DNA of 64,000 nucleotides from Vulcanimicrobiota bacterium (GTDB lineage Bacteria; Vulcanimicrobiota; Vulcanimicrobiia; Vulcanimicrobiales; Vulcanimicrobiaceae). Below the pieces are notes generated by a model. It worked only from the letters and a program-made list of their open reading frames with translations. It did not search any database and had not been told where the DNA came from. Positions 52,565-62,820 of this stretch are shown here, in pieces (within the stretch, counting starts at the first letter, position 1; each line of letters starts with the position of its first letter). Both the position numbers and the translations under genes were made by a program. The stretch is taken from NCBI GenBank assembly GCA_963777315.1, contig CAVZQC010000004.1, positions 320,001 to 384,000 on the forward strand, in the 5' to 3' direction.

Positions 52565-53215
52565 ATGCGTCTGATTTTTCTGGGACCGCCCGGAGCCGGA
52601 AAAGGCACGCAGGCCCAGCTGCTGCAGGGGCGGCTAGGCTCGCGCCAGATCTCCACGGGCGACATCCTGCGTGAAAATCGCAGCCTTCGGACGGAACTGG
52701 GCAAAGCGGCCGAAAGTTTCATGCTCAAGGGCGCGCTGGTGCCCGATGAACTGGTCGTGAAGATGATCGAGCGCGAGCTCGACAAGACGCCGGGCGGGTT
52801 CATTCTGGATGGATTCCCGCGCACCGTTGCGCAAGCGGAAACCCTAGACGCACTGCTGGCCGCCAAGAGCATGTCGATCGATGCGGCTCTTTTGTTCAAA
52901 GCAGACCGCGCAGCGCTGCTGGAACGCCTGACGGCGCGCTGGACCAATCCGCATACGGGAAGAACGTACAACACGATCAGCAATCCTCCGCGCGTTGCCG
53001 GAATCGACGACGAAGACGGCACGCCGCTGGTTCAGCGCGAGGACGACAAACCTGCGACGGTCGCGAAGCGGCTCGAGGTTTACGATCGCCAAACGGCGCC
53101 GCTGATAGAGTATTACCGTCGAGTCGGCAAGCTCGTCGAAATCGACGCCATGGATTCGATGCAGGGCGTTACCGATCAGATCGTGGCCAAGCTCGCGGCC
53201 AAGGCGGCATCGTGA
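52565..53215 (+). CDS. adk: Adenylate kinase
   Basis: GPPGAGKGTQA, LDGFPRT. Confidence 0.97.
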   Translation: MRLIFLGPPGAGKGTQAQLLQGRLGSRQISTGDILRENRSLRTELGKAAESFMLKGALVPDELVVKMIERELDKTPGGFILDGFPRTVAQAETLDALLAAKSMSIDAALLFKADRAALLERLTARWTNPHTGRTYNTISNPPRVAGIDDEDGTPLVQREDDKPATVAKRLEVYDRQTAPLIEYYRRVGKLVEIDAMDSMQGVTDQIVAKLAAKAAS

Positions 53216-54016
53216 TTTCGATAAAGTCCGCTCGCGAGATAGAAACGATGCGCCGCAGCGGCAAGATCACCGCCAAGGTCTTGGGCGATCTGATGCGCGC
53301 AGCCAAGCCCGGAATGACGACCGGCGAACTCGACCGCATGGCCGAGCAAGGGATCCGCTCGATGGGCGCAATCCCGACGTTCAAAGGCTATCACGGCTTT
53401 CCGTGCTCGATTTGCACGTCGGTGAACCAGCAAGTCGTACACGGCATTCCGGGGCGGTACGTGCTGGCCGAAGGAGACCTGCTCTCGATCGACATCGGCG
53501 CCACCTTGGATGGTTACGTGAGCGACAGTGCCGTGACGGTTCCAATCGGCAACGTCAGCGCGGCCGCGGCGCGGCTCATGAGCGTTACTCAGGAGTGTCT
53601 CATGATCGGCATCGCGCAGATGCGCGCAGGCGGCCGGCTCGGAGATATCGGCCATGCCGTACAGCAGCATGCCGAATCCCATGGATACGGTGTTGTACGC
53701 GAGCTGAGTCGGCCACGGCGTTGGAACGAAGATGCACGAAGAGCCTCAGGTCCCCAACTACGGGCGCGCGGGCTCGGGCATCGAACTTCGGCCCGGGCTG
53801 GTTCTGGCGATAGAGCCCATGATCACCCAGGGCCATTACGCGGTGCAGACGCTCGAAGACGGCTGGACAGTGGTCGCGGCAGATGGTAAACTCGCAGCGC
53901 ACTTCGAGCACACGATCGCCGTGACGGACGACGGCCCGAAAGTTTTGACCCTGCGCGACATCGGCGAACATCCCGACGCGGAAAAGTACCGCCCCAAAGC
54001 CGAGATCGCGGCCTAA
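53212..54016 (+). CDS. map: Methionine aminopeptidase (apparent +1 frameshift ~53707)
   Basis: VVHGIP, DIG...SDSA; GHGVG..MHEEP, AIEPM, AHFEHT in next frame. Confidence 0.95.
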
Positions 54017-54043
54017 CCGCATGCCATCCAGGAAACGCCAACA

Positions 54044-54160
54044 ATGAAAGTCAGACCCTCGGTAAAGCGCATTTGCGAAAAATGCAAAATCATTCGTCGC
54101 GACGGCAAAGTTCGCGTCATTTGCGAGGCCAATCCCAAGCACAAACAGGTGCAGGGGTAG
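54044..54160 (+). CDS. rpmJ: 50S ribosomal protein L36
   Basis: Hand translation [38 protein letters not shown]. Confidence 0.97.
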   Translation: MKVRPSVKRICEKCKIIRRDGKVRVICEANPKHKQVQG

Positions 54161-54189
54161 AGCGGTCTTTGATGAGAGAAGAGGAATAA

Positions 54190-54576
54190 ATGGCCCGTAT
54201 TGCCGGCATCGACCTGCCCCGCGATAAACGCATCGAGGTTGCGCTGACGTATATCTTCGGCATCGGCTTGCCCACGGCGCAAAAGCTGCTGGCAGGCGCG
54301 GGCATCAGCCCGGACCTTCGCGTGAAAGAACTGTCCGAGGACCACGAGAAGAAGCTGCGCGACGCCATCGATCAAGCCGCCATCAAGGTCGAGGGCGATC
54401 TGCGTCGCGAGGTGGGCTCGCACATCAAGCGCTTAATGGACATCGGCTGCTACCGCGGCGTGCGGCACCGGCGCGGTCTGCCGGCGCGAGGCCAGCGTAC
54501 GAAAACCAACGCGCGCACTCGCAAAGGGCCCAAAAAAACCGTCGGAAACAAAAAGAAAACCGCCGCCAAGAAGTAA
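54190..54576 (+). CDS. rpsM: 30S ribosomal protein S13
   Basis: [24 protein letters not shown]. Confidence 0.98.
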   Translation: MARIAGIDLPRDKRIEVALTYIFGIGLPTAQKLLAGAGISPDLRVKELSEDHEKKLRDAIDQAAIKVEGDLRREVGSHIKRLMDIGCYRGVRHRRGLPARGQRTKTNARTRKGPKKTVGNKKKTAAKK

Positions 54577-54597
54577 CGCCGTCACACCGCAGCGCCA

Positions 54598-55452
54598 GTG
54601 ATCTACGTCGGCACCTGCGGCTACGCGTACAAAGATTGGGCGGGGCCGTTTTATCCGCGCACCGTCCGGCCGCGGGAAATGCTGGCGTACTACGCGAGCT
54701 GCTTCGGGGCCGTGGAAATCGACGCTTCATATTACGGCGCGCTGCGGCCGGAGCAGGTCGCACGCATGGTCGCCGGCACGCCGCCGGCATTTCGCTTCTG
54801 CTTCAAGGTTCCCCAGACCGTGACCCATCCGGCGGATCCGGCCGCCGCTGGCATTCACCCCGATGCCCAAACGTTCGTTGAAAGTCTTGGGCCGGCGATC
54901 GATTCGGGCAAGTTCGGGTGCGCGCTCGCGCAGTTCCCCAATTCGTTCAAACCGACGCCCACTGCGCAAACCTATTTCGAGCGCGTGGTGGAAGCGCTCA
55001 AGCCGCTGCGTTTGATCGCCGAGTTCCGCCATCGGGAATGGCAAAACGCGCGCACGTTCGAATTGCTTTGCCGTCTGGACGTCGGGTGGTGCAACGTCGA
55101 CATGCCCGGCTATGAGACGTTGATGCATCCGAGCTCGGACGTTACCGGAGAGATTGGCTACGTGCGCTTTCACGGCCGAAACGCCGCGCGCTGGTGGACG
55201 GGAAATAACACCACGCGATACGACTACGAGTACGAAGCCGGCGAGTTGCAGCCTTGGACGAACCGGGTTGCCGATATCGACGAGCACGCGCAGACGACGT
55301 ATGCGTTCTTCAACAATCACGCTCGCGGCAACGCGCCGAGAAATGCCGAGCTGTTCGTCGAGATGCTGCGCGAGCGATACGGTGCTGCTGCAGACGGCGT
55401 TCTCCCCAAACTGAAGGGAGCTCCGGCGCAAGCCTCACTGTTCGAGCAGTAA
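54598..55452 (+). CDS. DUF72 (YecE-like TIM-barrel) protein
   Basis: YVGTCGYAYKDW.G.FYP, VEIDASYY, EFRH, YVRFHGRN, FFNNH. Confidence 0.9.
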   Translation: MIYVGTCGYAYKDWAGPFYPRTVRPREMLAYYASCFGAVEIDASYYGALRPEQVARMVAGTPPAFRFCFKVPQTVTHPADPAAAGIHPDAQTFVESLGPAIDSGKFGCALAQFPNSFKPTPTAQTYFERVVEALKPLRLIAEFRHREWQNARTFELLCRLDVGWCNVDMPGYETLMHPSSDVTGEIGYVRFHGRNAARWWTGNNTTRYDYEYEAGELQPWTNRVADIDEHAQTTYAFFNNHARGNAPRNAELFVEMLRERYGAAADGVLPKLKGAPAQASLFEQ

Positions 55453-57652
55453 CTTCGCACGAGCGGCGCGAGCCACGGCACGGTCCGAAAACGGCAGCGG
55501 CTGCAGTTCGCCGCGTACCCACGCGGCGCTCGCGTCGTTGTAATGAGGCGAACCGATCTCGCCGGACTCGCCGCTGGGTAAACTCAAACCTCCGCGATCC
55601 CAGGCGCCGACTTCCCAAACGGCGCGAAAGCTCTGCGACAGAGCGGGGGTTTGGACTCGAATCGTGTACTCGTCGCCGTCGCCGGGCAGCGTCGCCCCGT
55701 TCAAAAACGGAAAGCCGATCGGACCGAACGGATGCAGTATGCGCAGAGCTCCGGCTTGACTCCACGGCGCGGCTCGTTCGATGAAAGGATCGCGCAGCGC
55801 GTCGATCAGTTCGGGCGGCGGATCCCGGCGGCGAAGGGCCTCGAAGGGCGCGTACGGCGAAACGGAAGCGTCTTCGGCCGCAACGCGTAAGGCGTGCTCG
55901 AGCGTAGCGGTGCGCGACGGCGGGGAGAATGTACCGTCCCAGGCCGCCAAACGTCCGGCAACGGCGCTCGGTAGAAAACCGGGATGCGCTCGGGCGTAGT
56001 GCGCCAAACGGTGTGCGAACTCGGCGTCTGCAGGTGAGAGCGCATCGGTCTGCATCCGCGCGAAATACTGCGCGTCGAAATCCCGCCGGGCGTGCAGCAG
56101 AGTGGCAATCCGGTAAGCGCGATACGGCGGAGCAAACATCGGACTGAGGCGGTAAGGGTATCCGTTTGCGTACATTTTGTTGTTGGCGCTCACGAGCACG
56201 GCAGAGTGCGAAGGAGCAACCGACGGCAGGCGCGTGTAGGGAACCGCAGCAAAACGGGTGCGCAGTTCCGCCGCACCGTGCACGTACCGTCCCCAGGCGG
56301 GATCGTCGGGGATGGGACCCGCGAGATGATAGGCGACTTGCCCGCTGCTCCCCGCAAGCAAGAAATTTTGCGCAGGGCCGGAGTACTGCGACAATATCGA
56401 AAGCGCCGGCCGCAGACCGTGCGCGCGATCCAGCGCAAGGATCGTGCTGACGGCCGATCGCGTGTCGGAATACGGCGTCCACCGTACGAGGACCAAACCC
56501 TGCGCGGTTTGCGCGGCCTCGCCGTATTCACGAGACGTGCGGTAATACCGTTTGATCGCGTCGCGCGCGAACCGCACGTGGAAAATTTCCGTCTGCCAAT
56601 TTGCGGCGGAGAGCTTTCCCGCGCGAAAAACGCTCAGCGTGGCAACCATGGCGTTCGTTGTGGCCCAAGCGATGCGCTCGTTGTGGCCCAGCAGGACGCC
56701 CGGTATCCCGGCGATGGTCACACCGGCCACGTGCAGACCGGGGGCGCGCATTTCGACCGCGTACCAGATGCCCGGAATGCCCGCGCGCAAGTGCGGATCG
56801 TTGGCGAGCAGAGCGCGGCCGCTGCGCGAGCGTGCGCCTCCGGCGGCCCACGCGTTGCTGCCGATACCGGAGATTCGAACGTTCGGACCGGTACGCCAGG
56901 CAGCTCTGCAACAGCGGCGCCGAACGGCGCAATCGAACGGCAGTGTCGGAAACGTCGTAGTCGGGATCCGATAGCGGGAGTAATTGGCTGTATTCGCGAC
57001 GCGTGAACGATCGCCACAGGCGGTCTCGTTCCAGAACGTTGCCCGCAGTATCGCCCAGCGATGCCGAAATGGCCAGCGTGACGGCAAGACAATCCTGCGG
57101 CGCCCACGGTCGGGGATGGTAGAGCAGCAAACGAAATTCGACCGGCAACGGCTGCGTGCGCATTGCGGCATTCACCCCGTCGCTGAACGCCGACAGCGCG
57201 ATTCTGTCGTCGCCGGCAAGATGCCGCCACTGCCTGTGCACGACGTCGCGAACATCCAGAGCGCGCATCGTTTCGTCGCTCGGAAGTTGAATGGGTCCTA
57301 AAACTTCCGCAAGCCGGCCGTAGACGTACCGCCGGAAGAGATCCATTTGGAACAGCCGATCCGATCCTTGAGCGAAGCCCTCGGCAAAATACGCGTCGTG
57401 CGCGTTGCGGGCCCGAATGTGCGGTATGCCGCGGCTATCGCGATAGATCGCCGCCGGCGCGCGAACGCTCATGCCGGTCAGCGTGCCGTCCGTCACGGCG
57501 CCGGTCCGGATGCCGGCTAAGACGTATGCGGTGTACAGGAGGGCGCATGCAACCGCTACGGCGGCCCAAGCTTTGAGGTCGCGAAGGAGCCGGCCCGGCA
57601 CTCCGGCGTGAAATGCCCGAACGGCGCGTTCTTTTTCGATGAGGTCGGCCAT
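55435..57652 (-). CDS. Penicillin acylase family (Ntn-hydrolase), apparent +1 frameshift ~56871
   Basis: RDSRGIPHI, DRLFQMDL; GSNAWA nucleophile and LLANDPHL in the second frame; start uncertain. Confidence 0.88.
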
Positions 57653-57714
57653 GCTGCTGCTCGTACTGCATTGTACACCGAAGGAAAGCCGGGCGAGTCA
57701 AAAAAACCGCCGGA

Positions 57715-58458
57715 ATGCAGCTTGCCGCCGTCATCACCGCCGGAGGCCGGGTCGGCGGTGACTTCGCGCGCGCCATCGGTACGCAGGTCAAAGCGCTGGC
57801 GCCTTTTGGCGGCTCGACGATGTTAGAGCGCACGGTCGCGGCCGTGCGTGAAGCGGGGATCGACCGCGTTGCCGTCGTCGGCGGCAGTGAAGTACGGCGC
57901 GCCTGCGGCGGCATGGTCGATCGCATGCTGGACGAAAGCGCCGGCGGTGCGGAGAACTTGCGGATCGCGCTGCACGCGTGGGAGGATCGCACCCGGCTGC
58001 TCTATCTGACCAGCGATATGCCCTTCGTCTGCGCCGATGCGCTGCGGGCCTTCGTGCGAGCGGCGCCGCCGAACGCGCTGGGACTTGCATTAGCGCAGTG
58101 GAGTGAGTTTATTGCACGCTTTCCGGGTGCGCCCGAATTCGGGATCGTCCTGGCCGGCGAGCACGTGGTGAACGGGGGCGCGTTCATGATTCCTGCGGGC
58201 GCGGCGCGGCGCATCGAACGCGTCGCGGCTCCGTTCTTCAACGCGCGTAAGAATGTGTGGAGCATGGCGCGGCTTGCAGGTCCCGCGCTGCTGGCGCGCT
58301 TTGCCGTCGGCAGGCTCGGCGTCGCGCAGCTCGAGTCGCGCGCGCACCGTCTGCTCGGAATACCCGCAAAAGCCGTGCACGGCGCAGCGCCCGAGCTCGC
58401 GTACGACGTCGACGTTTTGGAAGAATACCGGTATGCGGTCCAGCACGAGAGCGCCTAA
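57715..58458 (+). CDS. MobA-like NTP transferase domain protein
   Basis: ITAGGR...KALAPFGG, TSDMPF, DVD. Confidence 0.8.
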   Translation: MQLAAVITAGGRVGGDFARAIGTQVKALAPFGGSTMLERTVAAVREAGIDRVAVVGGSEVRRACGGMVDRMLDESAGGAENLRIALHAWEDRTRLLYLTSDMPFVCADALRAFVRAAPPNALGLALAQWSEFIARFPGAPEFGIVLAGEHVVNGGAFMIPAGAARRIERVAAPFFNARKNVWSMARLAGPALLARFAVGRLGVAQLESRAHRLLGIPAKAVHGAAPELAYDVDVLEEYRYAVQHESA

Positions 58459-59620
58459 CACCGCCGCGCTGGGTGTATTTTGGTTGGGCATTCAAATGGT
58501 GTGGGGAGCTCTGCTGGGCGTGTCGCTTCAGGCTCGCGCGTCGCAGCTGGCACCGCAGCATGCGCTGTCGGCATACGCAACGTTGGCGGCCGTAGGCGCG
58601 GCAACGGCGGCAGTTACGCAGATCGCCGCGGGGGTCGCCTCGGATCGCCGCCGCGCGATGGGCAGCCGGCGCATCGAATTTTACGCGGTAGGGGCGATTG
58701 CAGCCGTAGGCGCGCTGTTTTGGTTTTATTCCGCGGCGACGTTTTCGCAGCTGCTTGGCGCGACCGCAGCCGTGCAATGCGCGCTGAACGTTGCAATCGG
58801 TCCTTATCAGGCGATCATCCCGGATTTTGTCAAAGACGAGCACACGGGAACGGCGTCTTCCTGGATGGCGGCACTTCAAAGCGCCGGAAATGCGGCAGGA
58901 GCGGTCGCAGCCGGCGTCATTTCGAATTCACGATTGGTCGCGCTTGCGATCGCGGCGGTTCTTTTGTCGACGTGCGCTGCAACCGTCGCGCAAGTACGCC
59001 GCCTCCCCATGCTTCCCGCAGCGCCGAAACCGCTGCAGATCGGCCGCTCGTTCGTCGATCTCTTCGTTTCACGCGCGCTCGTGTACTTGGGGTTTTACAC
59101 GCTCGTCGGATACCTGTATTTCTATGTTGCAAGCACGTTGAGCGGTAATGCGAAAATGATGACGGCCGCCGTGCTGCTCGTCTTCACGATGGCCGGCGTA
59201 CTCGGCGCTGCTGCAATTGCCGCGCCGGCGAACCGCGCGGATCGCCGCAGCGTGGCGACGCTCGGAGGCGCCGGTTTCATCCTTGCCGTGGCGGCCTTTC
59301 TCGTTTCGCACTCAGTCGCCGCAGTCGGCACAAGTGCGCTCATCGCAGGGATCGCCTGGGGTATTTTCTTAACGGCGGATTGGGCGCTGGGGTGCCGCTT
59401 GCTGCCGCGACATGCCTTGGCAACCGCGATGGGCGTTTGGAATCTTGCGCTGCTGGTGCCGCAAATCGCTGCACCCCTGATCGCAACCGGCGTTCTGAGC
59501 GCAGCACATGCGCTCGGCGGCGGGTCTGCTGCGCGCATTGCTTTCGAAATCGCCGCCGTGGAAGTCGCCGCAGGGATCGCGTGGATCTGGCGCCTGCCCG
59601 CTTCTACCCAGATCGGTTGA
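58433..59620 (+). CDS. MFS transporter
   Basis: 12 hydrophobic segments, GVASDR motif A. Confidence 0.82.
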   Translation: MRSSTRAPNTAALGVFWLGIQMVWGALLGVSLQARASQLAPQHALSAYATLAAVGAATAAVTQIAAGVASDRRRAMGSRRIEFYAVGAIAAVGALFWFYSAATFSQLLGATAAVQCALNVAIGPYQAIIPDFVKDEHTGTASSWMAALQSAGNAAGAVAAGVISNSRLVALAIAAVLLSTCAATVAQVRRLPMLPAAPKPLQIGRSFVDLFVSRALVYLGFYTLVGYLYFYVASTLSGNAKMMTAAVLLVFTMAGVLGAAAIAAPANRADRRSVATLGGAGFILAVAAFLVSHSVAAVGTSALIAGIAWGIFLTADWALGCRLLPRHALATAMGVWNLALLVPQIAAPLIATGVLSAAHALGGGSAARIAFEIAAVEVAAGIAWIWRLPASTQIG

Positions 59621-59784
59621 GAGTTGAACGGCGGGGAATACTCCCTAAGGCTCTAGGGTAGGGGGAACCTTGAGTTCGCCCTCCCACGTTAGGGGGAATG
59701 GAGACCGAGCCTGCCTTTGCATAGGTACGCAAGCCGAACGGCCGCGTTGGTCTCAACCCAACATTCAGTTTTAGGGAGGCTACA

Positions 59785-61314
59785 TTGAAACGACTGAGCA
59801 CCGGAGTCCTGGCTTCGCTTATTGTGGCAAGTCTAGGACTCACTGCGGTCGCCGCTCCGTCGGGCCACGCGTCACGGGGAAACATTGGACATAACGTGAT
59901 CGCACAAGCCACGCCGAGTGCATCGCCCGCAGCGTCGGCGACGCCGATGTCGTCCGCTGCACCCGCTGCAACGCCGATGTCGTCGGCTGCACCCGCTGCA
60001 ACGCCGATGTCGTCCGCTGCACCCGCTGCGACGCCGATGGCATCGCCGGGCAGCACGACGGCGCCGGCTGCAACGCCGATGTCATCCGCCGCGCCCGCGG
60101 CGCCAACCACCACTACTCCGCCCGCGACGACGAACATGCCGCCGATGCAGTTCGGATCGCCGCCGTCGGGGGAAATCCCGATCCTTTTCAATGACCACCA
60201 CGTGTATTCCAAACCGGACGTTCTCAAACAAGGGCGCGTCCTTGCCGCGTTGGTTCGCGGCGGCACTATTCTCGTTCCGCTGCGCTCGATGTTCGAGCAG
60301 ATGGGCGCAACGGTTTCGTACAATTCGGGCAGCAAGACGGTCGACGTGACCAAACCCGGATCGGACGTACGCGTTACGGTGGGCAAACCGGAAGTCACAA
60401 TCAACGGTGAAACTCGGCCGCTGGACGTTCCGCCCATGATGTATCACGGGCAGATCCTCGTGCCGGTGCGCGTCATTTCCGAAGGCATGGGCGCGTACGT
60501 ACAATGGGTACCCGATCGCCGAATCGTCGTCGTTCGGTACGTAACTGCCACCCCGCCGCCTGCGCCTGCTCCGCCTCCGGCCGCAGCGCCGACCCCGTCA
60601 GCGACGCCTTCACCGCGGGCGGCAGTGCCGTACCAAGATCACTTCATTGCGGGCGACTACATCATCAGCCCCAAGGTATACAACGAGTTCAGCCCGGGCA
60701 ACACCGGTAAGAGCGGTTCGTATGCCGTGCGCGGCGCACTGGAGTTTAATCTCTTCAGCCTGCCGTGGATGATCGCCGGCGATTTCCGGCAATACCAGTA
60801 TCCGCACAACTGTCCGGACGTGCTGCCTGCACCTGCCGGTTCGGAGTGCAACGTCAACGTGATCGGCGGTTTGGGATCGACGTACGTTCCCGCGTTCACC
60901 GCTAAGGACACCGACGTCGACGCGCGTTTGGGACTCAAGATTGCCGATCCGCGCATCTACATCGGCGTGGGCTACTTGTTCCGCACCACCAACTACGGAT
61001 ACCCGCGCCAGAACGGCGTCGGGTTTGGGCTGGAAAAACTGCCCGATCTCGATCATGCGTTCTCGCTCTACGGCAGCGCGTACTATTATCCGAGCGTCAA
61101 AGGAACGTGCGGCACCGACGTATGTCCTACCGGCCCGTACGATCTGCAGTATCGCATCCTCAAGTACCAAATCGGCGGAACGCTCAACTTCGGGAATCCG
61201 ACGGGCGTGTTCCTCGACTTCGGTTGGCTGGGCGACCAAGGGCGCAACAAACAGAATGCGCCTGCGGACTTCACCCACAACGGCCCGTACGTGGGTCTCG
61301 GCATCCACTTCTAA
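59785..61314 (+). CDS. Exported protein with copper amine oxidase N-terminal domain and aromatic beta-strand C-terminus
   Basis: Signal peptide; ILVPLRSMFEQMGATV and ILVPVRVISEGMGAYV repeats; ends YVGLGIHF. Confidence 0.82.
   Translation: MKRLSTGVLASLIVASLGLTAVAAPSGHASRGNIGHNVIAQATPSASPAASATPMSSAAPAATPMSSAAPAATPMSSAAPAATPMASPGSTTAPAATPMSSAAPAAPTTTTPPATTNMPPMQFGSPPSGEIPILFNDHHVYSKPDVLKQGRVLAALVRGGTILVPLRSMFEQMGATVSYNSGSKTVDVTKPGSDVRVTVGKPEVTINGETRPLDVPPMMYHGQILVPVRVISEGMGAYVQWVPDRRIVVVRYVTATPPPAPAPPPAAAPTPSATPSPRAAVPYQDHFIAGDYIISPKVYNEFSPGNTGKSGSYAVRGALEFNLFSLPWMIAGDFRQYQYPHNCPDVLPAPAGSECNVNVIGGLGSTYVPAFTAKDTDVDARLGLKIADPRIYIGVGYLFRTTNYGYPRQNGVGFGLEKLPDLDHAFSLYGSAYYYPSVKGTCGTDVCPTGPYDLQYRILKYQIGGTLNFGNPTGVFLDFGWLGDQGRNKQNAPADFTHNGPYVGLGIHF
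59938..60097 (+). repeat. ~5 x 30-bp coding tandem repeat (ATPMSSAAPA)
   Basis: ACGCCGATGTCGTCCGCTGCACCCGCTGCA units. Confidence 0.9.
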
Positions 61315-61331
61315 CCGGTCATTCGAGCAAG

Positions 61332-61362
61332 AAAATGGCTCCGTGCGAACGGAGCCATTTTT
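61332..61362 (+). terminator. Rho-independent terminator
   Basis: AAAATGGCTCCGT-GCGA-ACGGAGCCATTTT. Confidence 0.85.
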
Positions 61363-61406
61363 ATTGCCTGCCGCTTGCCTGCCGATCGGGGATGCCGCTA
61401 TGCTCC

Positions 61407-61435
61407 TTGACCGCGCCGGTATGCTCTAGTAGAAT
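61407..61435 (+). promoter_or_regulatory. Sigma70 promoter upstream of rpsK
   Basis: TTGACC-17bp-TAGAAT. Confidence 0.8.
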
Positions 61436-61643
61436 AACCTCTTGGCGCCGGCCTCTCTTCCGGCGCGCTCCGCGTGCTGTAGCCGCACCCCGGAGCCGGG
61501 CTCATTCGCCGGGAGTTCGAGATCAGATGGAACGCGTTCCAACCGCGTGAAGTCCAGGCGACGACACCGCTCTCGTTGAGCGGACAGGATAAAATTCGCA
61601 TCGCCATCCCGACCTCGCGCAACGGATGTCGCTGGAGCTGACT

Positions 61644-62039
61644 TTGGCAGCCAAGAAACAAGTCAAAACGCGCAAGAAGCGCGAGTTCAAAAACATTCAG
61701 TCCGGCGTGGCCCACGTTCACGCATCGTTCAACAACACGGTCGTAACGATTTCGGACAATCTGGGCAACGTCATCGCGTGGGCTTCGGCGGGAAATCTCG
61801 GCTTCAAAGGCTCGAAGAAGTCGACTCCGTTCGCCGCGCAAATGGCTGCCGAAGCGGTGGCGCGCAAGGCGATGGAGCACGGCATGAAGGCCACCGAAGT
61901 TCTGGTAAAAGGACCCGGCGCCGGTCGCGAAGCGGCAATCCGTTCGCTGCAGGCCACCGGTTTGGAGATCACGCTCATCAAAGACGTCACGCCGATCCCG
62001 CACAACGGCTGCCGGCCTCCAAAGCGCCGGCGCGTATAG
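61644..62039 (+). CDS. rpsK: 30S ribosomal protein S11
   Basis: [31 protein letters not shown] start after GGAG. Confidence 0.98.
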   Translation: MAAKKQVKTRKKREFKNIQSGVAHVHASFNNTVVTISDNLGNVIAWASAGNLGFKGSKKSTPFAAQMAAEAVARKAMEHGMKATEVLVKGPGAGREAAIRSLQATGLEITLIKDVTPIPHNGCRPPKRRRV

Positions 62040-62048
62040 AGAGAACGC

Positions 62049-62705
62049 ATGTCACGCTATACTGGACCCGTATGCCGTTTATGCCGTCGCGAAACCGCGG
62101 CGAGCAAAACGGGCGAAAAAATCAAACTGTTTCTCAAAGGCGACCGCTGTTTGAGCAAAAAGTGCGCCGTCGAGCGCCGCGGCACGGCGCCGGGCCAGAA
62201 GACGCAAGGCAAACAGCGTCAAAAGGTTTCCGAATACGGCCGTCAGCTGCGAGAGAAGCAGAAGATGCGCCGGTATTACGGCGTGCACGAAACGCAGTTC
62301 GAGAATTACTTTCGCGAAGCCGCACGCGTTCCGGGTCAGACGGGCCGCACCTTCCTGCAGCTGCTCGAGCGCCGTCTTGACAACGTCGTCTATCGTTTGA
62401 ATTTGGCGAACAGCCGCGCGCAGGCGCGCCAACTCGTTACCCACCGCCATTTCCGCGTGAACGACCGGCTGGTCAATATTCCTTCGTACATCCTCAAAAC
62501 CGGCGACGTGATCAGCGTCGGCGAACGCAGCAAGAAATCGCCGGTGTTCGAATCGAATTTCGAGGTTGCGCGAAACCGCCGAGCTCCCGAGTGGCTCGAG
62601 TACAACGACGCGGATCAGTCCGCGCGCGTGGTGCAGCTGCCCAGCCGCGAGCAGATCGACACGCCGGTCGACGAGCAGCTGATCGTCGAATATTATTCTC
62701 GTTAG
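62049..62705 (+). CDS. rpsD: 30S ribosomal protein S4
   Basis: [24 protein letters not shown]. Confidence 0.98.
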   Translation: MSRYTGPVCRLCRRETAASKTGEKIKLFLKGDRCLSKKCAVERRGTAPGQKTQGKQRQKVSEYGRQLREKQKMRRYYGVHETQFENYFREAARVPGQTGRTFLQLLERRLDNVVYRLNLANSRAQARQLVTHRHFRVNDRLVNIPSYILKTGDVISVGERSKKSPVFESNFEVARNRRAPEWLEYNDADQSARVVQLPSREQIDTPVDEQLIVEYYSR

Positions 62706-62820
62706 CCTTTTTTACGCGAGAAACCAGTAACCAAAGCCGCTCCTAGGCGTGCGATCGCAGGCGACCCCGTGGTCTGCTGCGGATAACGTAAGGAGCAATA
62801 AAGGAACCCGAACACCGACC

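Noticed and set aside
51020..53710. Programmed frameshifting in rplO, secY, map
   Set aside because: No slippery sequences or shared context; the pattern fits sequencing error
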